A stretch of 64,000 nt of DNA from assembly GCA_047605685.1 (NCBI GenBank), contig JASGFF010000001.1, positions 26,940 through 90,939 of the forward strand, written 5' to 3'. The DNA is from Microbacteriaceae bacterium. Its GTDB lineage: Bacteria > Actinomycetota > Actinomycetes > Actinomycetales > Microbacteriaceae. Within the stretch, counting starts at the first letter, position 1, and every line of letters starts with the position of its first letter. This document shows, one piece after another, positions 27,770-36,478 of this stretch. The position numbers and the translations under genes are program-made. The notes beneath the pieces were generated by a model. That model was not told the origin of the DNA, made no database searches, and worked only from the letters and a program-made list of their open reading frames with translations.

Positions 27770-29245
27770 TCAGGAAACGCGTGTGCTGATCGCGGCGGTG
27801 TTCACCGTGAAGGCGCCGTCCTGCGCGAACAGGCCGATCCGTCCGTCGAGGCGGTCGTAGAGCCGCGTGCTGAGCGCGACACCGCCGTCGATGACGGCGA
27901 CGCACACATCCGCGTCCAGGTGGATCTCCAGGCGGTGGCGACCCGGCTGCAGCCTCACCGGCCGCTCGAGCTCCACCGAGTGGGGCACGTCGCCCAGGAT
28001 CTGCCATTGCTCGCTCCCGGTGCGCCCTCGGGGCCAGCGGTCTATGACCATTCGATCGCGCGCTGGTTCGAGCCGCAACGCGTAGGTGCTCTCTCCATCG
28101 GCCGAGCTGCGCAGCAGCACACCGCACGAACGGGTGTCGGCCGCGATGTCGATCTCGATCGCGATGACCGCCTGGCTCGGCAGGTCGGGGCCGAGCCAGG
28201 CGGCGTAGCGGTCCTCGGCACCCGATCCGGGCTTCTCGTCGGCTCCGTCGACCGGGTCGAACGCGTCCGTGATGTCGATGCGGTCTCCGTGCGCCGCCTT
28301 GATCGATTCGGGCAGGTCGAAGCGCAACGTGCCGTCGGGTCGCTGGTGGGCCTGCAGGGTCGCCATCGTGCCCGCCCACTGCCAGGCCCCGTCGTCGCGC
28401 TGGTCCTGCTTCGACGCGATCCATCCGACGAAGTAGCGGTCTTCGCCGAGCGCGACAGTCTTCGCCGCGTAGAACGCGCGGCCATCAACCGTGTCGTCCT
28501 CGGGCGCGAGCCACGGGCCGTCCACCGAGCGAGACATGCGGTATCTCGTGCAGAAAGAGTCGGAGAACTCCGAGTACACGAGGTACCACCAGTCGCCCCA
28601 GCGGAACACGTCGGGGCACTCCTGAGTGATGAAGCGGCGGGGATCCCAGATCGGCTCCGCATCGCGCCACGAGATCAAATCGTCCGACTCCAGCCGTGCC
28701 ACGATTCCCGAGCGGCGGTACGGCGCGTCCAGTCGACGTGTCGCGAGGAGCATCTGCCAGGGGGCGCCGGGGGACGGACGGAACACAAACGGATCGCGCC
28801 AGTCCTCGGGCGCGTACCCAGGAAGCGCTGCCAGATCCCATTCCGGATGTTTCACCCAGCTCGTGAGATCGCCCGCCGAGGTGGCGTGGCAGACCACCTG
28901 GGCATCGGGTGAATCGGGTTCCGGGCTCGTGCCGATGCGCGGATTGTGACCCGTGTAGAAGAGATGCGGCACCCCGTCGTCGACGACGACGCTGCCGGTG
29001 TAGCAGTCGAAATCGCTCGCGGTCGGGCCCCCGGAGGGAAGGACGACGCCACGGTCGTGGAAATCGACGAAGTCCGTGGTCGTGACCGCGGCCCACGGCA
29101 TCCCGGTCGGGCGCTCCTTCGGCGCGAGATCGGGTCGCTCGTCGAGCAGGTAGAACAGCCACGCCGTGCCATCGGAGGCGAACGGGATCACATCGCCGAC
29201 GAAACCGTTCGCGGGACGGAAGTGCGTGCTGGCGGGATTCGACAT
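27770..29245 (-). CDS. GH32 glycoside hydrolase (beta-fructosidase family), no signal peptide
   Basis: ORF 27770..29251. WRDPFVF (RDP) and ECPDVF (EC) motifs plus a C-terminal beta-sandwich. ATG at 29245 preferred. The N-terminal nucleophile motif is atypical (NGFVGDVIPF). Confidence 0.85.
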   Translation of the reverse strand: MSNPASTHFRPANGFVGDVIPFASDGTAWLFYLLDERPDLAPKERPTGMPWAAVTTTDFVDFHDRGVVLPSGGPTASDFDCYTGSVVVDDGVPHLFYTGHNPRIGTSPEPDSPDAQVVCHATSAGDLTSWVKHPEWDLAALPGYAPEDWRDPFVFRPSPGAPWQMLLATRRLDAPYRRSGIVARLESDDLISWRDAEPIWDPRRFITQECPDVFRWGDWWYLVYSEFSDSFCTRYRMSRSVDGPWLAPEDDTVDGRAFYAAKTVALGEDRYFVGWIASKQDQRDDGAWQWAGTMATLQAHQRPDGTLRFDLPESIKAAHGDRIDITDAFDPVDGADEKPGSGAEDRYAAWLGPDLPSQAVIAIEIDIAADTRSCGVLLRSSADGESTYALRLEPARDRMVIDRWPRGRTGSEQWQILGDVPHSVELERPVRLQPGRHRLEIHLDADVCVAVIDGGVALSTRLYDRLDGRIGLFAQDGAFTVNTAAISTRVS

Positions 29246-29247
29246 CG

Positions 29248-30288
29248 TCAACTCTCACGCGGTGGGGCGGCCAGCGACCTACGGGCGACGTAGGCGCAGG
29301 GAAGGAGGTGCTCGCCGTTCTCGGCGTCGTCGGTCAGCAGCAGTGCGCCCGCTTCGAAGCCCATCCGCTGGTGGGGGAGGGCGATCGTGGTGAGCGGCGG
29401 ATGCATCTGGTCGGCGAGATCGGGCTGGTCGTCGAATCCGACGATGCTGACATCATCGGGGCACTGCAGGCCGAGGGCTTGTGCGGCCATGAGCGCACCG
29501 CACGCCATGCGGTCGTTGCCGCAGATGATCGCGGTGGGCGCGTCCTCGGTGAGGGCAGCCATCGCGAGGTCGTATCCCGACCCGACCTGGAACGTGCCGT
29601 ACTCGCGTCGAACGGATGACGGGTCCACCCCCGCAGCGAGCGCGGCCTGATCGAGACCGCGTTCGCGCTGCTGGCACGCGTAGTCGTCTTTGGGGCCCCC
29701 GAGGAACACGACGCGCGAGTGCCCGGCGGCGAAGACCGCCGCCGCCGCCGATTCCCCACCCTGGAACTCGTCTGCGAGCACGACGATCGCGTCCGCGCGA
29801 TCGGGCGGGAAGCAGTTCACGAACACGGTGCGCACGTCGGGCGTGCCTTCGATGGGGTGCACCGTCTCGGGGCCGGGCGCCGCGTAGATGAGTCCCGCCA
29901 CGCCCTGCTGCACGAGGCTCTTGACGGCTGCCTCGCCGTTGTCGGTGGTCTCGGCGGTCTCGACGACGAAGCACACGTATCCGGCTTGCTGCAGCGCCTG
30001 CTGCACACCGAGCACGATCTGACCTGCGTAGGGCTGCGAGACGATACGGTCGGCGATGACCCCCACGGTGTACGACCGGTTGGACCGAAGTGATTGCGCC
30101 GCGCGGTTCGGGGTGAAGCGCAGATCCTTCGCGGCCTGCAGAATGCGTGCGCGGGTCTCCTCGGCGACGGAGACGTCGCGGCGATCGTTGAGCACGAACG
30201 ACACCGTGGGTTGCGACACCCCGGCGCGCCGCGCTACATCCTTCATCGTGACTCGGCGCGGTTGCTCCTCTGGCACGCGGTTCGCCAT
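29248..30288 (-). CDS. LacI-family transcriptional regulator (fructan/sucrose locus)
   Basis: ORF 29248..30339. HTH VTMKDVARRAGVSQPTVSFVLN. Start at the ATG at 30288 or 30246. Confidence 0.9.
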   Translation of the reverse strand: MANRVPEEQPRRVTMKDVARRAGVSQPTVSFVLNDRRDVSVAEETRARILQAAKDLRFTPNRAAQSLRSNRSYTVGVIADRIVSQPYAGQIVLGVQQALQQAGYVCFVVETAETTDNGEAAVKSLVQQGVAGLIYAAPGPETVHPIEGTPDVRTVFVNCFPPDRADAIVVLADEFQGGESAAAAVFAAGHSRVVFLGGPKDDYACQQRERGLDQAALAAGVDPSSVRREYGTFQVGSGYDLAMAALTEDAPTAIICGNDRMACGALMAAQALGLQCPDDVSIVGFDDQPDLADQMHPPLTTIALPHQRMGFEAGALLLTDDAENGEHLLPCAYVARRSLAAPPRES

Positions 30289-30320
30289 CGTCTCTCCGTT
30301 CGTCGCTCGCAACATGCTAG

Positions 30321-30340
30321 TGCCAATACGTATTGCCAAC
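30321..30340. promoter_or_regulatory. LacI-type operator O1 (core caatacgtattg, perfect 12-bp palindrome at 30324-30335)
   Basis: AT-rich palindrome with a central CG, in the divergent lacI/ABC intergenic region. Confidence 0.65.
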
Positions 30341-30367
30341 TTCGCACCGAGCCTGTAGGCTCGCGTC

Positions 30368-30384
30368 GCAAATACGTATTGGCC
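30368..30384. promoter_or_regulatory. LacI-type operator O2 (gcaaatacgtattggcc)
   Basis: Second copy of the aatacgtatt core, 45 bp from O1 and about 45 bp upstream of the SBP start. Confidence 0.6.
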
Positions 30385-30425
30385 CCGCTGTGGCGGAGTC
30401 GATGATCGCTCAGAGAGGAGCGACG

Positions 30426-31820
30426 ATGAGTAATGGACTGAGTGCTCCCATCAGCCGCCGGACGCTGTTCCAATGGGGAGGTGCCGGGCTCGCGTTGGCC
30501 GGCATCGGAACTCTCGCTGCCTGCTCCACGAGCGGCGGGTCGTCGTCCGGCACGATCAAGATGCTGTACTTCGGCGAGCAGAGCGCCGCGACCACACTCC
30601 AGAAGGCCATCCAGCCCGCGATCACGAAGCTCGACAAAAGCGCCACCCTCGAGGTCACCGCCATCAACGGCACCGACTGGAACGACTTCCTCTCGAAGGT
30701 GCTGACGCAGATCGCCGCCGGAGACGCACCGGACATCGTGAGCGTCGCGACCGAGGGACAGCAGCTGCTGGCCTCGAAGAGCCTGCTCACCCCTCTCGAT
30801 GACCTCGTCACCGCCAATCTCTCCGACCTGCACACCTACTTCACCGGCGTGCATCCGGCGCTCGTCGAGTCCACCATGTACGACGGCCACCTCTACACCC
30901 TCCCCGACAGCTTCAATGCGGGCAGCATGTTCTACTCCGCCGACCTGTTCGAGAAGGCCGGTCTCTCCCAGCCGGCGCAGGGGTGGACCCTCGATGACTT
31001 CGACGCTTCGGCGCGAAGCATCGCGAAGCTGGGCGGCAACTCCTACGGCTTCGACTGGGTCGTGCGCCTCTGGGGCAGCTGGACCTCGTTCCTCTACGCG
31101 AACGACGGCAACCTGCTCGAGGAGGGCAAGTACTCCGGCGGCGACTGGCTGTGGAAGAGCACGGCCTTCTCCGACAACGCCTACGGGGTGAGCGGGCGTA
31201 AGGGCGGCTGGAAGTGGGGCGACCCGACGGCAAACTCCGACGCCGCGATCGAGGCGCTCGAATACGTGATCGACCTGCAGAAATCCGGGGTGTCGCCGTC
31301 GCCGGATGTGGGCGGCGGCTCGACGCTGCAGGGCCTGTTCGCCTCCGGCCGCATCGGCATGACCATCGGCGGCGGCTTCTGGGCGGGCGGCCTGCACAAC
31401 GCGGGCATGGAGGACGGAAGCTTCGACGTGCAGTACTTCCCCACCTGGAAGAGCAACAAGTCACTGTTCGGCGCCGGCGGGTACGGCATCTTCGACTCGT
31501 CGCAGAAGAAGGACCTCGCCTTCGAGGTCATCAAGCTCATGGTGCAGCCGGAGAGCTTCGACGAGCTCTGGCCGGGCAATGTCACGACCCCGGGACAGAA
31601 GTCGCTGATGACCGCCGAGCGCTACGCCGACACCGGGCCGAAGAACTGGTCGGTCTTCTACGACCAGCTCGAGAACTCGGTACCGATCTCGGCTCCGCCG
31701 TACTACAACGCTCTCGCGACCGCGCTCAACCAGCGCACGACGGAGGCCATCTCATCCGGCAACGCCAAGAAGGCGCTGGACGGTCTGCAGAGCGACATCG
31801 AGACGGCCGCAGCGTCGTGA
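30426..31820 (+). CDS. sugar ABC transporter substrate-binding lipoprotein (Tat-type signal)
   Basis: In-frame ATG with RBS gagaggag inside ORF 30333..31820. ISRRTLFQWGGAGLALAGIGTLAACS signal/lipobox. Confidence 0.9.
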   Translation: MSNGLSAPISRRTLFQWGGAGLALAGIGTLAACSTSGGSSSGTIKMLYFGEQSAATTLQKAIQPAITKLDKSATLEVTAINGTDWNDFLSKVLTQIAAGDAPDIVSVATEGQQLLASKSLLTPLDDLVTANLSDLHTYFTGVHPALVESTMYDGHLYTLPDSFNAGSMFYSADLFEKAGLSQPAQGWTLDDFDASARSIAKLGGNSYGFDWVVRLWGSWTSFLYANDGNLLEEGKYSGGDWLWKSTAFSDNAYGVSGRKGGWKWGDPTANSDAAIEALEYVIDLQKSGVSPSPDVGGGSTLQGLFASGRIGMTIGGGFWAGGLHNAGMEDGSFDVQYFPTWKSNKSLFGAGGYGIFDSSQKKDLAFEVIKLMVQPESFDELWPGNVTTPGQKSLMTAERYADTGPKNWSVFYDQLENSVPISAPPYYNALATALNQRTTEAISSGNAKKALDGLQSDIETAAAS

Positions 31821-32761
31821 CCTCCGAAGCACTCACCGTCCGCCGGCGCGAGACGGAGGCCTCGCACCGGCCGGGCGCGCGCCGTACGAGGCGCCGCGAG
31901 AGGTCGTTCGGCTACGCGATGATCGTGCCGGCCGTGATCCTGGTCGCGGTCTTCACGCTCGGCCCGATCCTCGCCTCGCTCGGACTCTCCTTTACCTCGT
32001 GGGACGTGTTCACCGCCCCGAAGTGGGTCGGTCTCGACAACTACGTCGAGCTATTCACGAACGGTCCCGTCATGGCGTCGTTCGGGGTCACGATCGTGCT
32101 CGCGGTGGCGATCGTCATCCTGCAGATCTCGCTCGGGATGCTACTGGCGGTGCTGGCGAATGCCCGCAGGCGGAACGCGACCCGCGTCTTCTTCCGCACG
32201 TCGTTCTACCTGCCGCTGCTCGCATCCACCGCCGCGGTGTCGATCTTCATGGGGTACATCTTCGACGCCAAGTTCGGGCTCGTGAACTACTACCTCAGCG
32301 CCATCGGGCTGCCGGAGATCCCGTGGCTGACGGATCCGTTCTGGGCCAAGGTCACCATCGTCCTCATCGTCGTGTGGCAGCAGGTCGGGTTCACTTTCGT
32401 GCTCTTCGTCGCCGCGCTCATGTCGGTGCCGACCGACGTGCAGGAGGCGGCGGTGATCGACGGGGCCGGTCCGTGGCGGATGCTCTTGCGCGTCAAGATC
32501 CCGCTGATCAGCCCGACCATCCTCTTCGCGACGGTGATCGCGATGATCAACGCGATGCAGCTGTTCGACCAGCCCTTCATCATGACGAAGGGCGGTCCGG
32601 GCACGGCCACGACCACCGCGACGATCTCCCTCTATCAGGCCGGATTCCAGAACCTGCAGTTCGGGTTCGCCTCGGCTATCGCGATCCTTCTGCTGGTCAT
32701 CATCGGCGCGATCACCGCAGTCCAGTTCATCGCCTCACGAAAGCTGGTGTTCTACCAATGA
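31817..32761 (+). CDS. carbohydrate ABC transporter permease (MalF-like)
   Basis: GTG overlapping the SBP stop, in frame with ORF 31214..32761. Polytopic. The true start could be the downstream Met (MIVPAV). Confidence 0.85.
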   Translation: MTSEALTVRRRETEASHRPGARRTRRRERSFGYAMIVPAVILVAVFTLGPILASLGLSFTSWDVFTAPKWVGLDNYVELFTNGPVMASFGVTIVLAVAIVILQISLGMLLAVLANARRRNATRVFFRTSFYLPLLASTAAVSIFMGYIFDAKFGLVNYYLSAIGLPEIPWLTDPFWAKVTIVLIVVWQQVGFTFVLFVAALMSVPTDVQEAAVIDGAGPWRMLLRVKIPLISPTILFATVIAMINAMQLFDQPFIMTKGGPGTATTTATISLYQAGFQNLQFGFASAIAILLLVIIGAITAVQFIASRKLVFYQ

Positions 32762-33672
32762 CGACCGCACCCGTCCTCGAGCCGATGCGCGGCGCGGTGC
32801 CTCCGCCCGCCGACGAGGCGCGTGCCGCCCGGGTCGCGCGTCGGCGACGACTCGCAGCGTCCGTGGGGCGCATCGTCGGCCTGATCATCCTGATCATCGC
32901 CGCCGTGTTCGCCCTCGGGCCGCTGCTGTGGACGCTGACGACATCGCTGCGCACCCCAGCCGAGTCGTTCAGCAACCCGCCGCAGTGGATCCCACTGTCA
33001 TGGGACTTCAGCAACTACGCGGCCGTCTTCGACCAGATCCCGATCGGCCAGTTCTTCTTCAACAGCGTGATCGTCACCCTGCTGATCGTCGTGGGCCAGA
33101 CCATCACCTGCACGCTGTCGGGCTATGCGTTCGCCATGGTCAGCTTTCCCGGCAAGAACATCATCTTCGGCATCTTCCTCGCCACGATGATGGTGCCGAT
33201 CCAGACGATCATCATCCCGGTCTTCGTGATCCTCAAGACGGTCGGGCTGACCGGATCGATCGCGTCGCTCATCGTTCCGGCGCTGGGCAGCGCGTTCGGC
33301 ACCTTCCTCATGCGGCAGTACTTCATGCAGATGCCGAGGGAGCTGGGCGAGGCGGCCCGTATCGACGGCGCGAGCCATTTCGGTGTCTTCCGTCACGTGT
33401 ACGCGCGGATGGCGAGCCCGGCGATCGCGACGCTCGCGATCCTGAACTTCTCCGGCTTCTGGGCCGAGTACTACCGGCCGCTGATCTTCCTCAGCCAGCA
33501 GGACACCTTCACCCTGCCGCTCGGGCTCGTGGGGTTGCAGGGCAACCTGGGCACCGGGTCGATCTCGGTCGTGCTCGCGGGAGTCGTGCTCACGATGATC
33601 CCGAGCGTCCTGCTGTTCATTTTCGCCCAGCGCTACTTCATCGAAGGCGTCACGGCGGGATCGTCGCGATGA
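32758..33672 (+). CDS. carbohydrate ABC transporter permease (MalG-like)
   Basis: ATGA overlap, in frame with ORF 31999..33672. EAARIDGASHFGVFRHV EAA loop. Confidence 0.9.
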   Translation: MTTAPVLEPMRGAVPPPADEARAARVARRRRLAASVGRIVGLIILIIAAVFALGPLLWTLTTSLRTPAESFSNPPQWIPLSWDFSNYAAVFDQIPIGQFFFNSVIVTLLIVVGQTITCTLSGYAFAMVSFPGKNIIFGIFLATMMVPIQTIIIPVFVILKTVGLTGSIASLIVPALGSAFGTFLMRQYFMQMPRELGEAARIDGASHFGVFRHVYARMASPAIATLAILNFSGFWAEYYRPLIFLSQQDTFTLPLGLVGLQGNLGTGSISVVLAGVVLTMIPSVLLFIFAQRYFIEGVTAGSSR

Positions 33673-35033
33673 GCCGCGCAGACCACCACAGCCCGCAGTT
33701 CCACCTGCGCCTGCCGCGCGGATACGTCAACGATCCGAACGGCCCCATCGACATCGACGGACGGGCGCACCTGTACTTCCAGTCCCGCCCACGGGTGGAT
33801 CTCGACATCCCCGTCGAATGGGGTCACGCGTCCAGCGACGACCTCGTGCGCTGGACGCTGCACCGGCCGGCGATCGTCCCCGTTCCCGGCGGAGCGGACT
33901 CCGGCGGCGTGTGGTCGGGCAACACCGTGATGCACGAGGGGACGGTGCGCGCGTACTACTCGGGCAAGGTCGATCACAGCCCGTACCAGTCGGTGCTGCT
34001 CGCGGAGTCCTTCGACGGCGGAGCGACGTTCGGGCCGCCCCGGCAGGTCGTGGACGACCCGGCACCGGACGAGGGCGTGACGATGTTCCGCGACCCCTTC
34101 GTCTGGAGGGACGGCGACACCTGGGCGATGGGGGTCGGCGCGGCGGGGGCCGACGAGATGGCCTCGATCCGCCTGTACCGCTCCGACGACGGGGTGACGT
34201 GGGAGCGCGCCGCCGATCTGGCCGCGCTGCGCCGGTCCACGATCGACGGGGTCGACACCGGCGAAGGGTGGGAGTGTCCACAGGTGCTGCACGCGGACGG
34301 CACGGAGATCGCGCTCGTCGCGGCGTGGTCGCACGCGGGCGGACCCGGTCGGGTGCTCGCCTTCGCTCTGGGCGAGGAGCCGCATCCCCGTCCCGTCGAC
34401 GACGGGCAGAACTTCTACGCGGCGGCCGTCATGCGTGACGGCTCGTGGGGCCCGGTCGTCTTCGGTTGGATCACCGAGGGGCGCAGCGACGACTGGTCCG
34501 CGCAGGCGGGATGGTCGGGGGCGATCACGCTGCCCCGGCACATGCGGCTGCGTTCGGGGCTGCCCGCGTCCGAGCCCCATCCGGTCGTCGATTCGCTCCG
34601 GATCGGTGCGCCCCGGCCCGCGCACGGCGCAACCGTCGGGGCGCAGACCGAGATCGTGCTTCCGACGGCGATCACGGGTCGCATCCGGCTGCGGTACTCG
34701 GCCGCGGAGCACCTCGACGTCGTCGTGGATGCGGAGGCCGGCACGGTCGCCGTCGATCGGTCACGATCCAGCGCCGACGAGCGCGCAGACGGCGGCGTGG
34801 CCGTTGCGCGGATGGCCTTCGACGATTCGTCCGGTCGTCCCGCGGTGCGCGTGTTCGTCGACGGTTCGGTCATCGAGGTGTTCACGAGCGCCGGACGCGT
34901 GATCACGACCCGCGCCTACCCGACGCAACCGCCGCCGTGGACCATCGAAGCGCCCGAGCACGCGCTGGCCTGGGAGCTGGAATGCGCGCTGGGATCGGAG
35001 ACGCCCGCCCGCGCATCCGCCGTGGCGCTGTGA
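33669..35033 (+). CDS. GH32 beta-fructofuranosidase / sucrose-6-phosphate-hydrolase-like
   Basis: In frame with ORF 32928..35033. Canonical YVNDPNG, FRDPFV and WECPQV motifs. Confidence 0.9.
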   Translation: MSRADHHSPQFHLRLPRGYVNDPNGPIDIDGRAHLYFQSRPRVDLDIPVEWGHASSDDLVRWTLHRPAIVPVPGGADSGGVWSGNTVMHEGTVRAYYSGKVDHSPYQSVLLAESFDGGATFGPPRQVVDDPAPDEGVTMFRDPFVWRDGDTWAMGVGAAGADEMASIRLYRSDDGVTWERAADLAALRRSTIDGVDTGEGWECPQVLHADGTEIALVAAWSHAGGPGRVLAFALGEEPHPRPVDDGQNFYAAAVMRDGSWGPVVFGWITEGRSDDWSAQAGWSGAITLPRHMRLRSGLPASEPHPVVDSLRIGAPRPAHGATVGAQTEIVLPTAITGRIRLRYSAAEHLDVVVDAEAGTVAVDRSRSSADERADGGVAVARMAFDDSSGRPAVRVFVDGSVIEVFTSAGRVITTRAYPTQPPPWTIEAPEHALAWELECALGSETPARASAVAL

Positions 35034-35995
35034 CGGTGGACCGCGAATCGGACGGGGGATCCGGGCCGTCCATCGTCGTGGTGGGCGAGGCTCTGATCGA
35101 CATCGTCGACGATGGATCCCCGCGGGAGATCCCCGGGGGCAGCCCCGCGAACGTCGCACTGGGGCTCGGCCGACTCGGTGCGCCCGTCGAGTTCGTGACG
35201 TGGCTCGGAGACGACGATCGTGGTCATCGGATCGCGGCGCACCTCGAGGCCTCAGGAGTGCGACTGGCGGCAGGTGGGACCGGCGCGGCTCACACATCGA
35301 CGGCGACGGTGCGGCTCGCCTCCGACGGGCAACCGCGGTACGAGTTCGACGTGCAGTGGGACCCGCCGCGCGTGGCGGAGACCCCCGGATGGCTGCACGT
35401 CGGATCCATCGGCGCCTTCCTTCAGCCGGGCGCATCGACGGTGCGCGATCTCGTAACGCGCACGGCGTCGGCCGGGGGTGTCGTGTCGTTCGACCCGAAC
35501 ATCCGCCCCGCGCTCCTGCCGGCCCCGGCGCAGGCGCGGGAGGACTTCGAGCGGCTCGCCGCGCAGACGAACGTGCTCAAGCTCTCTGACGAAGACGCCG
35601 CGTGGCTCTATCCCGCTTGCGATACCGACGAGGTCGTCGATCGTGTGCTGCAGCTCGGCGTCGAGCTCGTGGTCGTGACCTCGGGCCCACGGGGATCGGT
35701 GCTCGCGACGCGCGCCGAGCGAGTCCTCGTGCCCGGAGTGAGCGTGGTCGTGGCAGACACCGTGGGCGCCGGTGACACGTACATGGCAGCCCTGATCTGG
35801 CAACTCGCCCGCAAGTCGACGTCCCGGATATCCGCACTCGATGCGCGCGACCTGGCGAGCATCGGGGCGACGAGCACGCTGGCCGCCGCGATCACGGTCT
35901 CACGACGCGGGGCCGATCTGCCGTCGGACGTCGACCTGGCGGGCGTACTGCCCGTCAAGACATGGCCCGTCAAGACATGGCCCGTCGAGACATGA
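35030..35995 (+). CDS. PfkB-family fructokinase
   Basis: GTGA overlap, in frame with ORF 34445..35995. GGSPANVALGLGRLG and DTVGAGDTY signatures. Confidence 0.85.
   Translation: MTVDRESDGGSGPSIVVVGEALIDIVDDGSPREIPGGSPANVALGLGRLGAPVEFVTWLGDDDRGHRIAAHLEASGVRLAAGGTGAAHTSTATVRLASDGQPRYEFDVQWDPPRVAETPGWLHVGSIGAFLQPGASTVRDLVTRTASAGGVVSFDPNIRPALLPAPAQAREDFERLAAQTNVLKLSDEDAAWLYPACDTDEVVDRVLQLGVELVVVTSGPRGSVLATRAERVLVPGVSVVVADTVGAGDTYMAALIWQLARKSTSRISALDARDLASIGATSTLAAAITVSRRGADLPSDVDLAGVLPVKTWPVKTWPVET
35951..35995. repeat. 15-bp tandem repeat x3 (cccgtcaagacatgg) forming the fructokinase C-terminus PVKTW-PVKTW-PVET
   Basis: Read directly. The last copy carries the stop codon. Confidence 0.85.
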
Positions 35996-36152
35996 CGCAC
36001 CGAGAATGAGACGGCTGCGCATCGTGGTTGTGCACCAGCCCTGGCATCCGCCCCGGCTGCCAGGGGGTGCGAATTGCAGGCAGATTGCACGCCCCACCGA
36101 GTGAGAGTCAGACCGTCCGAGGAATCTGCGTTCTGACCGACGCTTCCTTCGG

Positions 36153-36225
36153 TGCGCCCGGAGGGACTCGAACCCCCAACCTTCTGATCCGTAGTCAGAT
36201 GCTCTATCCATTGAGCTACGGGCGC
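36153..36225 (-). tRNA. tRNA-Arg (anticodon ACG)
   Basis: The reverse complement GCGCCCGTAGCTCAATGGATAGAGCATCTGACTACGGATCAGAAGGTTGGGGGTTCGAGTCCCTCCGGGCGCA folds as a cloverleaf with anticodon loop CUACGGA. CCA is not fully encoded. Confidence 0.9.
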
Positions 36226-36304
36226 AGGTGCCGATCGGCAACCCGACGACTATACCAGCGTCACACGGCCTGGCGGACCGGGCCGCCCGGCCGTGACGAC
36301 GCCA

Positions 36305-36454
36305 CTACACGTTGCGCCGGATGAAGCCGATGAGGGCGGTGATGGCGAACAGCACGAGGCCGACGATGGCGAGCCAGAGCAGGCCCTTGACCACGAAGCC
36401 GAGGATCGCGAGGACGGCCCAGAGCACGAGCAGGAAGATGACGAGTCCCAACAT
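36305..36454 (-). CDS. small hydrophobic membrane protein (49 aa, two predicted TM helices)
   Basis: Last 49 codons of ORF 36305..37243: MLGLVIFLLVLWAVLAILGFVVKGLLWLAIVGLVLFAITALIGFIRRNV. The rest of that ORF is antisense to cofD. Confidence 0.55.
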   Translation of the reverse strand: MLGLVIFLLVLWAVLAILGFVVKGLLWLAIVGLVLFAITALIGFIRRNV

Positions 36455-36478
36455 GTGGCCAACGCTACGCTGACCGGC

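Noticed and set aside
27383-28912. 509-aa plus-strand ORF
   Set aside because: It is antisense to the GH32 gene, which carries the RDP and EC motifs, and it has no family resemblance.
36039-36065. Hairpin ccctggca-N11-tgccaggg after the fructokinase gene as a terminator
   Set aside because: It has only an 8-bp stem, a large loop and no U-tract. It is too weak to list as a feature.
27770-36225. Fructan locus as a genomic island integrated at tRNA-Arg
   Set aside because: The tRNA 3' end faces the locus and an IS-like scrap lies at the far side. However, I found no copy of the tRNA-Arg 3' sequence near 27.2-27.8 kb and no integrase, so the idea is unsupported.
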